Assembly (NCBI GenBank): GCA_022013385.1
Contig: JAKLQJ010000061.1
Span: 1 to 51,660 of the forward strand
DNA: 51,660 nucleotides
Source: Elusimicrobiota bacterium
Lineage (GTDB): Bacteria > Elusimicrobiota > Elusimicrobia > Elusimicrobiales > UBA9959
Direction: 5' to 3'
The position numbers were made by a program, and so were the translations under genes. This document shows, piece after piece, positions 9,547 through 17,526 of the stretch; the stretch's first letter is position 1, and each line of letters begins with the position of its first letter. The notes beneath the pieces are model-generated. The model was not told the DNA's origin. It saw nothing but the letters and a program-made list of their open reading frames with translations, and made no database searches.

Positions 9547-9892
9547 TTATTGGGATATGATTTTTTTAAGTTCTTCAATATTAGGAATCCTGCCTGAAAA
9601 TACAATATTGGAAGCTATGCTTCATAAAGTGTCGGCAGTTATACGAACGACCAATATTTCCGTCAATAGCCAAAGCGGGCGTGGACTGGGCTTTCAAAGG
9701 ACAGCTACGGACACAAGTTCTCGCGCCACCATCTTGCAGTGTAGTCATAGCTCCCATATCAAATATCTTATTTATATCGTCAATCTTCTCTATTTCATAT
9801 TCAATGCCAAGCTCTTTTGCGGCTTGTTTAACCGATTCATAAAGTTTTTCACATTTCGGGCATCCTAGTCCAAGTATTTGTATTTTTTTCAT
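9547..9892 (-). pseudogene. thioredoxin-fold redox-active disulfide protein (paralogue of 11044-11280) disrupted by a 49-bp insertion, plus a 60-nt in-frame extra segment
   Basis: N-terminus MKKIQILGLGCPKCEKLYESVKQAAKELGIEYEIEKIDDINKIFDMG matches the paralogue. Removing 9610-9658 restores AIDGNIVFSGRIPNIEELKKIISQ*, which is collinear with the paralogue's AIDGEVKFSARIPTKEVLKEILSR*. Confidence 0.7.
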
Positions 9893-9937
9893 TTTACTCT
9901 CCTAAAAAATTGCACATAAAAAAGCGTTTTAATTCGA

Positions 9938-10852
9938 CTATTTTTTAAAAAAGTCTTTATCGGAGCAATACTCCGTTTCAAATTGCAAAGTGCAATAACT
10001 AATGCCGTATTTCTCCTTTAAAAGATTTTCAATTTTTTTTGAAATCGGACACACGGCCGAAAGCATGCAATCAGGCATATCTATATGAGCTTCAAAATAA
10101 ACTGTATTTTCGTCAGCTAGCCAAGTATGAACATGGTGAATATTGCTTACCTCGTCCATTGCCTCTATGTCTTTTCGCAAACAATCATAATCAATATCAG
10201 CGGAAGACTGCATTAAAATATCTATTGATTTTTTTAATATCTTCCAGCTTTCAAAAATAATATATGCCGCTATACCGATTGTAAGAAGGGGATCTATCCA
10301 TAATATTCCCCAAAATCTGATAACTATGCCGCCAAGAAGAACTCCAACCGAAGAAACCATGTCTCCCATCATATGCAAATAAGCCGAACGAACATTCATA
10401 TTTCCATGAGAATCCTTTTCAAGCAATACCATGGAAAATAAATTAGCAAAAAGGCCGAAAGCGGCAACACCTATCATAAGAGAGCTGTTTATAATTTCAG
10501 GATTTGTAAAACGCTTCACTCCCTCAAAAATAAGAAATATTGAAATTGCAATCAAAGTTGAAGCATTAATAAAAGCGGCTATAATTTGAGCCCGTTTATA
10601 TCCGTAGGTCTTGCGCATATTTTTTTCTTTGCCGGATATTTTCCATGCGAAAAAGCTCAATGCTATGGATATTGTGTCGCTTAAATTATGTATGGCATCT
10701 GAAAGCAATGCCAAACTTCCGGATAAAATTCCGCCGGCTATTTCAACCGCCGTAATAAAGGCGTTTAAAAGCGTCACCCAAAAGAATTTTTTTGTTGACA
10801 GTTTTCTCGCTCCGTGAGAATGACCTGAACATTTATGATGATGATTTTTCAC
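9938..10852 (-). CDS. cation diffusion facilitator (CDF) family divalent-metal efflux transporter (CzcD/ZitB-like)
   Basis: His-rich N-terminus (KNHHHKCSGHSHG), six predicted TM segments, HxxxD-type motifs (LSDAIHNLSD, HMMGDMV) and a C-terminal cytoplasmic domain. GTG at 10852 is preceded by AGGAGG. Confidence 0.88.
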   Translation of the reverse strand: MKNHHHKCSGHSHGARKLSTKKFFWVTLLNAFITAVEIAGGILSGSLALLSDAIHNLSDTISIALSFFAWKISGKEKNMRKTYGYKRAQIIAAFINASTLIAISIFLIFEGVKRFTNPEIINSSLMIGVAAFGLFANLFSMVLLEKDSHGNMNVRSAYLHMMGDMVSSVGVLLGGIVIRFWGILWIDPLLTIGIAAYIIFESWKILKKSIDILMQSSADIDYDCLRKDIEAMDEVSNIHHVHTWLADENTVYFEAHIDMPDCMLSAVCPISKKIENLLKEKYGISYCTLQFETEYCSDKDFFKK

Positions 10853-10910
10853 TAAGCCTCCTAAAAAAACAAAAAACCGCCGCAAAAAACAATAATGTAA
10901 TTTTTTTCAT

Positions 10911-10984
10911 CCTACCACCTCCTCACTACTAATCTTTGATTGATATTTTTTTTAAGCCGCTTTGCGGTTTGAGGGGTGGTAGGG
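10911..10984. repeat. hairpin element with arms CCTACCACCTCCTCA / TGAGGGGTGGTAGGG
   Basis: Arms are at 10911-10925 and 10970-10984. The same arm family bounds 42697-42824. Confidence 0.75.
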
Positions 10985-11043
10985 TCATAAAATTTCCTCT
11001 GACTTACCTTTCCCCTAATTATCATACGACATTTAAACTTATC

Positions 11044-11280
11044 TTACCTGCTCAATATTTCCTTCAAAACTTCCTTTGTCGGTATTCTGGCCGAAAACTT
11101 AACTTCACCGTCAATGGCTAAAGCGGGAGTAGCCATAACGCCCATATCGGTTATCTTATTTATATCGTTTATCTTTTCCATTTCATATTCAATGCCAAGT
11201 TCTTTTGCGGCTTCTTCAGCTTGAGCGTAAAGATTTTCACATTTCTGGCAACCCATTCCAAGTATTTGTATTTTTTTCAT
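11044..11280 (-). CDS. thioredoxin-fold redox-active disulfide protein (small CxxC protein)
   Basis: MKKIQILGMGCQKCENLY...TPALAIDGEVKFSARIP, with a CxxC motif. GGAGG lies 5 nt upstream of the ATG at 11280. The usual partner genes (permease and ArsR) are adjacent. Confidence 0.8.
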   Translation of the reverse strand: MKKIQILGMGCQKCENLYAQAEEAAKELGIEYEMEKINDINKITDMGVMATPALAIDGEVKFSARIPTKEVLKEILSR

Positions 11281-11388
11281 ACTTTCCTCCAATAATGACA
11301 GATTAATTTTAAAATTAAAAACAACTTATTGTTTTAATTTACAATCTACTCAACTGTTCTCCAATTTCTGTATCGCTGGCGCGCTGTA

Positions 11389-12696
11389 TCATTGCCGCGC
11401 TATCATACTTCCGTATATCATACCGGCCGCCGTGGACATTATGATAACCAAAACAACAAAAACAGCCGTTTTTTTATTTCCCATCACCTGCCTTAAAACC
11501 AGCATATTAGGTAAAGAAAGAGCGGGACCTGACAACAACAAAGCAAGCGCAGGACCTTTACCCATACCATTTCCCATAAGCCCCTCAAGAATAGGCACTT
11601 CCGTCAATGTGGCAAAGTACATAAAAGCTCCAACTATGGACGAGAAAAAATTAGCTCTTAAAGAATTGCCACCCACAGCCATTTCAACCCATTGCGCAGG
11701 AATTATACCTTCATTTCCGGGCCGCCCGAGCAGGAAACCTGCCGCGATTACGCCTATGAATAAAAGCGGCACAATCATCTTCGCGAAATCCCATGATGAA
11801 ACAAACCAATCTTTCATTTCACCTTTAGTTGTATTGAGAATATAGGAAAGACCGATAAAACCCGCGAAAAATGACACGACAGGATACTCTGGCAAAATGA
11901 TAGCAAGAATAATAGAAGGCATTGAGGCAATAATAATTTTGGAAATTTTAATATCAAAATATTTGATAAGAGTAAAAGCAAAAATAATCGCTGACAATGA
12001 AGTTAGAATCCATTTTTTTACATAAATAAAATACCATATCCCCGTTGAAACGGATGGCTTAGCCCAATTGGCAAAAACAAGAACTCCGACCATTGCGCCA
12101 AAATAAACAATAGTCTGCCATAATGGCCTTATTTCCTCTTCTTGCGGTAAATCAATCTGTTTCTTAGCTTTCTCTAATTCTTCTTTCCTGAATATAAAAT
12201 GCATTGAAAGGCCTATAATAAGGCTGAATAAAATAGCTCCAATGGCTCTCGCTATGCCGAGTTCAAAACCCAAAACTCTTGCGGTAAGCGCTATGGCAAG
12301 AATATTTATAGCCGGCCCCGAATATAAAAAGGTTATGGCAGGTCCTAGCCCCGCTCCTCTCTTATAAATTCCCGCAAAAAGCGGAAGTATTGTGCAGGAG
12401 CAAACAGCTAATATCGTTCCCGAAACGGAAGCAACGGCATAAGAAATAACTTTATTGGCTTTTGCGCCGAAATATTTCATCACTGCGTTTTGGCTGACAA
12501 AAACGGCAATCGCTCCGGCTATAAATAAAGCGGGCACAAGGCATAAAATAACATGCTCTCGCGCATACCATTTGATGAGATAAAGAGCCTCAAAAACCGC
12601 ATTGTCAAACCGTTCAAAGCCAACAGGCAAAAAAAAGAAAAAAACGAATAATCCGGCAAGTCCCGCCAAATATTTCCATTCTTTAGTCCAATTCAT
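11389..12696 (-). CDS. multi-pass permease, ArsP/YraQ-type
   Basis: About 10-12 hydrophobic segments and a vicinal-Cys motif AVCSCTILPLFAG, as in ArsP-type permeases. It overlaps the arsR stop by 4 nt. Confidence 0.78.
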   Translation of the reverse strand: MNWTKEWKYLAGLAGLFVFFFFLPVGFERFDNAVFEALYLIKWYAREHVILCLVPALFIAGAIAVFVSQNAVMKYFGAKANKVISYAVASVSGTILAVCSCTILPLFAGIYKRGAGLGPAITFLYSGPAINILAIALTARVLGFELGIARAIGAILFSLIIGLSMHFIFRKEELEKAKKQIDLPQEEEIRPLWQTIVYFGAMVGVLVFANWAKPSVSTGIWYFIYVKKWILTSLSAIIFAFTLIKYFDIKISKIIIASMPSIILAIILPEYPVVSFFAGFIGLSYILNTTKGEMKDWFVSSWDFAKMIVPLLFIGVIAAGFLLGRPGNEGIIPAQWVEMAVGGNSLRANFFSSIVGAFMYFATLTEVPILEGLMGNGMGKGPALALLLSGPALSLPNMLVLRQVMGNKKTAVFVVLVIIMSTAAGMIYGSMIARQ

Positions 12697-13019
12697 ATAT
12701 GCCGCCTTTTTTCTTTGGCTGATATTTCTAAAATCTTAGCAACACAAGACATAAACTCCAATATACACGGACACTTAAGCTTGTAAAAAATCCGATTCCC
12801 CTTTCTGTTGATATCCACAAGGCCGGCATTTTTAAGCACAGAGAGATGCTTTGAAACGGTTGATATGTCATTGCCTATCGCTTTTGTAAGTTCGCATACG
12901 CAAATATCGCGCTTTGAAAGCATATTCACTATTAAAAGCCTTGTCGGATGGGAAAGCGCTTTTATTGCGGAAGCTTGCTGAAGAAACTTCATTTTCAATT
13001 TACTCTTCATATCAATCAC
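12693..13019 (-). CDS. arsR: ArsR/SmtB family metalloregulator
   Basis: LSHPTRLLIVNMLSKRDICVCELTKAIGNDISTVSKHLSVLKNAGLV is a wHTH with the CVC metalloid-binding motif. Confidence 0.9.
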   Translation of the reverse strand: MIDMKSKLKMKFLQQASAIKALSHPTRLLIVNMLSKRDICVCELTKAIGNDISTVSKHLSVLKNAGLVDINRKGNRIFYKLKCPCILEFMSCVAKILEISAKEKRRHI

Positions 13020-13069
13020 CTATTTGTCTATTTTGCCAAATAACCAAATACATGTCAATAAATAATGAT

Positions 13070-13307
13070 AATGGGGTCAGCCACCATTTATATGCAATAT
13101 GGCCGGTGCATATGCCAAACGATTATTTAAACTGGCTCAACCAAGCGCAAATAGAAGATGAAGAGAAAGGAATCAGAAAATCCATTCTTAAAGGCATTCC
13201 CTACGGAAATGGTGTTTGGGTAGGCAATGTGGTTAAAAGTTTTGGGCTTGAGCAAACGCTAAGGAAAGTGGGGAGACCGAAAATAAAAAATGGTGGCTGA
13301 CCCCATT
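13070..13307. mobile_element. internally deleted (about 500 bp missing) copy of the 8787-9522 element, same orientation
   Basis: Same 20-bp ends, at 13070-13089 and 13288-13307. 13094-13307 matches 9310-9522 with 3 mismatches by my count. Only the last 68 or so transposase codons are retained. Confidence 0.8.
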
Positions 13308-13320
13308 ATCCATTATCACA

Positions 13321-14001
13321 TTATACTATTGGCGAAACCATATATTTCGCCAATTCGGCGAAGCGTTCCTTGTGCCTGTGATAAAAGGGCAACAGTGCCT
13401 GATATTCTTTGACCTTGTCGGCGTTCTTTACTTCTATGATCCGGATATCATGGGGAAGGCGTTTTTTGATATTATGGTAGGCGCCGATAAAAATAATTCC
13501 TGTTTGACCGTCGCTCAGTGTTTCATAGATTCTTTTGGCGATAAATTCGTCCCGCTTGTTCAGGAGCCTGTTTTTGCTCAATTTATACATCATAAAAGCG
13601 AGCAATTTGCCGAACAGGGTCTTGGCCCGGGTTATCTTAAGCATCCGGTCACGTTCTTCCCTGACCAGATTAAAATCCTCCGTTTTGATCAACACTGCCC
13701 CTCTTTTCAGAAGCCCCGCGACCAATTCGTAGTTTTTGCTTCCTGATTTCACCCCTTCCTCCACTATTTTCTGCGCGACCTCGCCGTCAGTGATCATCCC
13801 GTCCTGGTACAGCCTAAAACCGGACACCTCAATTGAATTGAGATATTCAATAAGCGCATCCCAGAAGGCCAGGATCGTACGCTCATGCTCCGCCCAGAAT
13901 TCCGGGCCGAAATCCGCCATTCCTCTCTTGGTCACCTCTTTTGCCAAAGAGCCAAGGTCGACGCTTGAATGGATAACAGGAACATAAATTAGAGTTCTCA
14001 T
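13321..14001 (-). CDS. hypothetical protein (226 aa), last co-directional gene of the gvp island
   Basis: Long ORF with AGGAG 7 nt upstream of the ATG. No family recognised; membership of the gvp island is inferred only from position and strand. Confidence 0.55.
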   Translation of the reverse strand: MRTLIYVPVIHSSVDLGSLAKEVTKRGMADFGPEFWAEHERTILAFWDALIEYLNSIEVSGFRLYQDGMITDGEVAQKIVEEGVKSGSKNYELVAGLLKRGAVLIKTEDFNLVREERDRMLKITRAKTLFGKLLAFMMYKLSKNRLLNKRDEFIAKRIYETLSDGQTGIIFIGAYHNIKKRLPHDIRIIEVKNADKVKEYQALLPFYHRHKERFAELAKYMVSPIV

Positions 14002-14081
14002 AATGGTCTCCTATGATGGTCGTTTTATTGGTCGTTCATGGCGCCAATGGTGCCATAGGCGCCACGGGAATGAAGCATAGC

Positions 14082-14364
14082 TTACTGTAGTTTTTTTTCC
14101 AATCGGGTTATTCTTTTTTGCAGTTCATTATTCTCTTTGGCAAGGGCGGAGTCTTTTGCCTTTGTGGATAAGTATTCATCCTGCTGCCACCAATTTATTC
14201 CCATTTCCATGGCCTTGTCGATGGAAGCGACCACAAGCCGTATTTTAATATTGAGCAAGTCAATGTTTGCGATTTGGATCTTAAATATCGCCGGCTATCA
14301 CAATACCTTTATCCAGCACTCTTTCCATGATATCCGCCAGGTTGGTGGCGTCGGTAGCATGCAT
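14082..14364 (-). pseudogene. GvpJ/GvpM-type (GvpA-fold) gene interrupted by a single-nucleotide frameshift
   Basis: Own translation gives MHATDATNLADIMERVLDKGIVIAGDI*. With one T skipped near 14281-14287 it continues KIQIANIDLLNIKIRLVVASIDKAMEMGINWWQQDEYLSTKAKDSALAKENNELQKRITRLEKKLQ*. It is collinear with the intact paralogue at 27181-27477 (GAC ATT AAG ATT there versus GAT ATT T AAG ATC here). Confidence 0.75.
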
Positions 14365-14404
14365 TATTTTTTGTTCAGCCGTGTTATTTCCCCCTCATCT
14401 TATA

Positions 14405-14662
14405 CTAACTTTTTAGCTTTATAATTAAACCTGCTGTTTTCTTGCGCAAATCCGCGATGAAACGACAATTCTTACAGTCCAATTTTTTATCGTCGTAATC
14501 CGGACAAGTCACAAGCACATTTGTTTCTCTCTGTAATTCTTCGGCAAATGCCGCCTTCTCCCGCGCTCTTTTAACCCTGTTAATCTCAGCGGTAATATCT
14601 TTTATTACTATTTCCTGTCTTAAGAATACCGGACAGCTTATTCCCAATTCTTTTTTTTTCAT
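14405..14662 (-). CDS. small Cys-containing hypothetical protein (85 aa)
   Basis: AAGGA RBS, packed between gvp genes. Four Cys residues include CKNC. No family recognised. Confidence 0.5.
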   Translation of the reverse strand: MKKKELGISCPVFLRQEIVIKDITAEINRVKRAREKAAFAEELQRETNVLVTCPDYDDKKLDCKNCRFIADLRKKTAGLIIKLKS

Positions 14663-14669
14663 GTTTTCC

Positions 14670-15224
14670 TTATATCAAATTCCCTAAAGGCCCCAAATCC
14701 AGATTCAGGTCTTCATCCTCAATACCAAAGATTACCTGGATTTCTTTTATCTTTTTCTTTACCGCCTTAAGGCTTAAACCCAATTTCTGGACTTCCGCTT
14801 TTGAAAGGGCGCCTTTTTTTACCCGCCGGAATGCCTCTTTCTCCATAAGCCTTCTTATAAGTTCAACCAGGGTTAAAATTAATTTAGCCAGACCCTGCTC
14901 CGTCTTTTTGGGGCTTCCAAGGTCAATAAGTTTGGGAATATTTTCTTCGGCTCTTTTTATCTCCCTTTGCAGTTTCTGTATATAGGCCGCATCCTCGGGA
15001 GTAAATTCTTTATCCCGGTCGCTGAAATTCTTGCCGGATAATTCTTCCGCCTTGGAAACAGAGGTTAAGATAAGCCTTAACCCCAAAAAGACAAGGTCAA
15101 CATCCGCCACTCTTATTACTATATCGCCATTGATAAGGGCGCCTTTCTCCAAAACCTTATCCAGAGCGTCCACTAATGTCACACGCTCATTTTTATTTAC
15201 CAGGCTATTTGATCGATTAATCAT
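14670..15224 (-). CDS. gvpK: GvpJ-like (GvpA-fold) domain fused to GvpK
   Basis: The N-terminal half, TLVDALDKVLEKGALINGDIVIRVADVDLVFLGLRLILTSVSKAEEL, is GvpA/J/M-fold. The C-terminal half, GLAKLILTLVELIRRLMEKEAFRRVKKGALSKAEVQKLG...LNLDLGPLGNLI, matches the GvpK signature. Confidence 0.85.
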   Translation of the reverse strand: MINRSNSLVNKNERVTLVDALDKVLEKGALINGDIVIRVADVDLVFLGLRLILTSVSKAEELSGKNFSDRDKEFTPEDAAYIQKLQREIKRAEENIPKLIDLGSPKKTEQGLAKLILTLVELIRRLMEKEAFRRVKKGALSKAEVQKLGLSLKAVKKKIKEIQVIFGIEDEDLNLDLGPLGNLI

Positions 15225-15233
15225 AATATTGGG

Positions 15234-16043
15234 TTAAAAAGAAACAAAATTATAAGCGGGCCAGGGGCCGCCACATTCAAGGTAAACCCCTTTTGCCGGC
15301 ATTTTCTGGTTTAAATTTTCAATTTCTTTCTTAAAACCTCCGATTTTCTCCTCAGAAACCAAGTAGGCGGCGTTCGAAACCATGGGTTCGGACTTTCCGG
15401 TTAGTTCTTTTCCCAGGATTTTGCTTTTGACGCAAGCCCCGGATTGCTTTCCAAGAGCTTTAAAGACTTCATCCGCGATATTGTTCACTTCTTTATCCGT
15501 TTCCTCGCCGATAAGCTTCCTTAATTCTTCTTCCATAAAAAAAGCCATCCCTTCAGGCAGAGATGCCATTTCCTTTTCTTTCTCTTTTATTGTTTCGTTT
15601 TTTTCTTTTACCGTCTGTTCTAATTTCCACATGTCTTTCAGGTATATCTTTACGGACCATTCCTGTTTTCCGCGAATTTTGTCCAGGTTTTCCTTAGCCT
15701 TCGCGTAACCTTTATACAGGGTTTCCTCCAAACTTGTTTTTTCTTTAAAAATCGTCCCGAATCTCATAGGAATCACGCTTGAAACCTTATCTTTGTTTTT
15801 CATCGCCTCTTCTATAACTCTCTCATGAGCCAGGGCTTTTTCTTTAATCCATTTTAAGTCTTCCTGCGACTTTTTTTGTATTTCTTCAGAACCAAATTCT
15901 TCCAAAGAAACATTGCTTACCACTGCCTCTAACTCTTTATAAGGAATAGTGAAAACCTCTTCCTCTCCATCAATGCCTTTTATGGAAATCCCCGGTGAAT
16001 TTTCAGTTTTTTCTCTAAGACAGTAAAGATATAAACCTTGCAT
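15234..16043 (-). CDS. gas vesicle protein GvpF/GvpL family (paralogue 1)
   Basis: LYLYCLRE...FTIPYKELEAVVSNVSLEEF...ALAHERVIEEAMK...VIPMRFGTIF is the typical GvpL_GvpF N-terminal pattern. Confidence 0.88.
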   Translation of the reverse strand: MQGLYLYCLREKTENSPGISIKGIDGEEEVFTIPYKELEAVVSNVSLEEFGSEEIQKKSQEDLKWIKEKALAHERVIEEAMKNKDKVSSVIPMRFGTIFKEKTSLEETLYKGYAKAKENLDKIRGKQEWSVKIYLKDMWKLEQTVKEKNETIKEKEKEMASLPEGMAFFMEEELRKLIGEETDKEVNNIADEVFKALGKQSGACVKSKILGKELTGKSEPMVSNAAYLVSEEKIGGFKKEIENLNQKMPAKGVYLECGGPWPAYNFVSF

Positions 16044-16136
16044 TATTCTCTCATTAACCTACGGGGTTATCCAAAGGTTATCCAATTAATCCTTCGACTC
16101 GTTTGGTCGCCGGAGGTTTGTCCTCGCTCGTAAGAT

Positions 16137-16409
16137 TCAATCTTCAGTCGCGGAGATGGTTTGTGCCCGCGCGTAAGATTCAATCTCCATGCCGTCGTTA
16201 AGCTTGACCGTGTAAATATTCCGGTCCTGGACTTTCACGGGAAGTCCGAGGGCTTTCATAAGGGAACTCTCTTCATAAACCTCCGCTTCCACTTCCCAGC
16301 CGTTCCCCGCTTTCACCGCCTTAATAACCTTTGTCTCTTTCACCTTGAGAGTCTTTTTCAGGAATTCGTCGGCCGCTTTTTGGGCTTCTTCAATTTTAAT
16401 TTTGGGCAT
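16137..16409 (-). CDS. gvpO: gas vesicle protein GvpO
   Basis: GNGWEVEAEVYEE...DRNIYTVKLNDGMEIESYAR fits the GvpO pattern (GWxVxVEVxE...YEVxLDxxGxLxxYxR). AAGGAG RBS. Confidence 0.8.
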   Translation of the reverse strand: MPKIKIEEAQKAADEFLKKTLKVKETKVIKAVKAGNGWEVEAEVYEESSLMKALGLPVKVQDRNIYTVKLNDGMEIESYARAQTISATED

Positions 16410-16449
16410 ATCATCTCCTTACCGATTTATTGTCCGCCTGAGGCGGACA

Positions 16450-16698
16450 TTAGCGTAGTCCATTCTCCTTTTCCTTCATTTTTCTAATGGCTTCCAACTT
16501 CGCCAAAATTTCTTTTTCCTGCGCATTATATTCATCCTCATTTATCTCGTCTAATTCAAACCGGAGCTGCAAGGCCATAAGGTTTTCCATCACGCGCCCT
16601 TCGTCGGATACTTCCTTCACATACAGCTCGTCAATCTTCTTGCCCAGCCAAACAAAGCCGTTCAACGGCGAAAGCAAAATATCGTCTATCAAAAACAT
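16450..16698 (-). CDS. gvpG: gas vesicle protein GvpG
   Basis: MFLIDDILLSPLNGFVWLGKKIDELYVKEVSDEG...LMALQLRFELDEINEDEY is the GvpG consensus pattern. Confidence 0.87.
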   Translation of the reverse strand: MFLIDDILLSPLNGFVWLGKKIDELYVKEVSDEGRVMENLMALQLRFELDEINEDEYNAQEKEILAKLEAIRKMKEKENGLR

Positions 16699-16726
16699 TT
16701 TTATTTTCCTTCGGAAACCCCGTCTT

Positions 16727-17503
16727 TCAATCCGTGTTTATTACCAGATTCACAAAATTGAACAGCGGCAATGTCCCCACATATTTAAATTTGATCCTGT
16801 TCCCGTATTTCACGCCCAATTGTTCCACCAGCCTATCAAAGCCCGCTTCTTTATTCTGCTCAACCAGGAACGCTGCGCTTAGAATCATCAGTTCGCCGTA
16901 GTTGCTGTTGACCTTCACTTCCACTGCCAGAGGCGAAAGAATATTTAAAATATCCTCTTTGCAGCGCTCTTTTTCTTTTTGCAGAGCGGCTTCAACCATC
17001 TCGCCTATTGCCATGCGCTGGGCATGTGTCTGGTTAACAGGCAGCACAGCTATTTTTTCCTTCAAGATCCTTATGTCCGCGTGTTTCTCCAAAATATGGC
17101 CGTAAATGTCCTCTTTCCCGCCTGCTTGCGCGCCTTTCGCGTGAAACACGGCTTTTAACCCCAGCTCTTTTTTACCGGACATAACACCTAATAAATCAGA
17201 AAATTTGTCGCGCTCGGTCTCCAGTATCTCCCTGATTTTTTTGTCATCTGCGGCAATGGTGCAAAACCGAACAGGCAAAACGGTGTGTTCCTTCATCACC
17301 TCCTCAATGGCCTTTTCATGGGATATCAGGTTTTCTCTTGAGACCGGATATTTTATTATGGGAGAATTACTCACCACCGCGGCGATATCTTTGAAGGCGA
17401 TGGTATAGAGCTGGTCACCTTTCCCTCCGATTCCCAATGGACCGAAAGTTTGAGTTTTATTTGCCTTAATAATGCAATATATATATCTGCCTTCTTTTTC
17501 CAT
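16727..17503 (-). CDS. gas vesicle protein GvpF/GvpL family (paralogue 2)
   Basis: GRYIYCIIKANKTQTFGPLGIGGKGDQLYTIAFKDIAAVVSNSP...SHEKAIEEVMKEHTVLPVRFCTI. Start taken at MEKEGRYIY (17503). Confidence 0.88.
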   Translation of the reverse strand: MEKEGRYIYCIIKANKTQTFGPLGIGGKGDQLYTIAFKDIAAVVSNSPIIKYPVSRENLISHEKAIEEVMKEHTVLPVRFCTIAADDKKIREILETERDKFSDLLGVMSGKKELGLKAVFHAKGAQAGGKEDIYGHILEKHADIRILKEKIAVLPVNQTHAQRMAIGEMVEAALQKEKERCKEDILNILSPLAVEVKVNSNYGELMILSAAFLVEQNKEAGFDRLVEQLGVKYGNRIKFKYVGTLPLFNFVNLVINTD

Positions 17504-17526
17504 AGTTTTAATCTGTAATGCCCCCG

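Noticed and set aside
10839-10910. 23-aa ORF (MKKITLLFFAAVFCFFRRLSEKSSS) with a perfect GGAGG SD upstream of the CDF pump gene
   Set aside because: The SD is simply the arm of the 10911-10984 hairpin repeat, and the peptide is derived from an A/T-run. It could be a leader peptide, but there is no supporting evidence.
12914-13300. 128-aa plus-strand ORF spanning arsR antisense sequence and the mobile-element remnant
   Set aside because: This is a chimeric reading frame. Only its last 68 or so codons are meaningful, as the retained 3-prime end of the deleted transposase copy. The upstream part is antisense to arsR.
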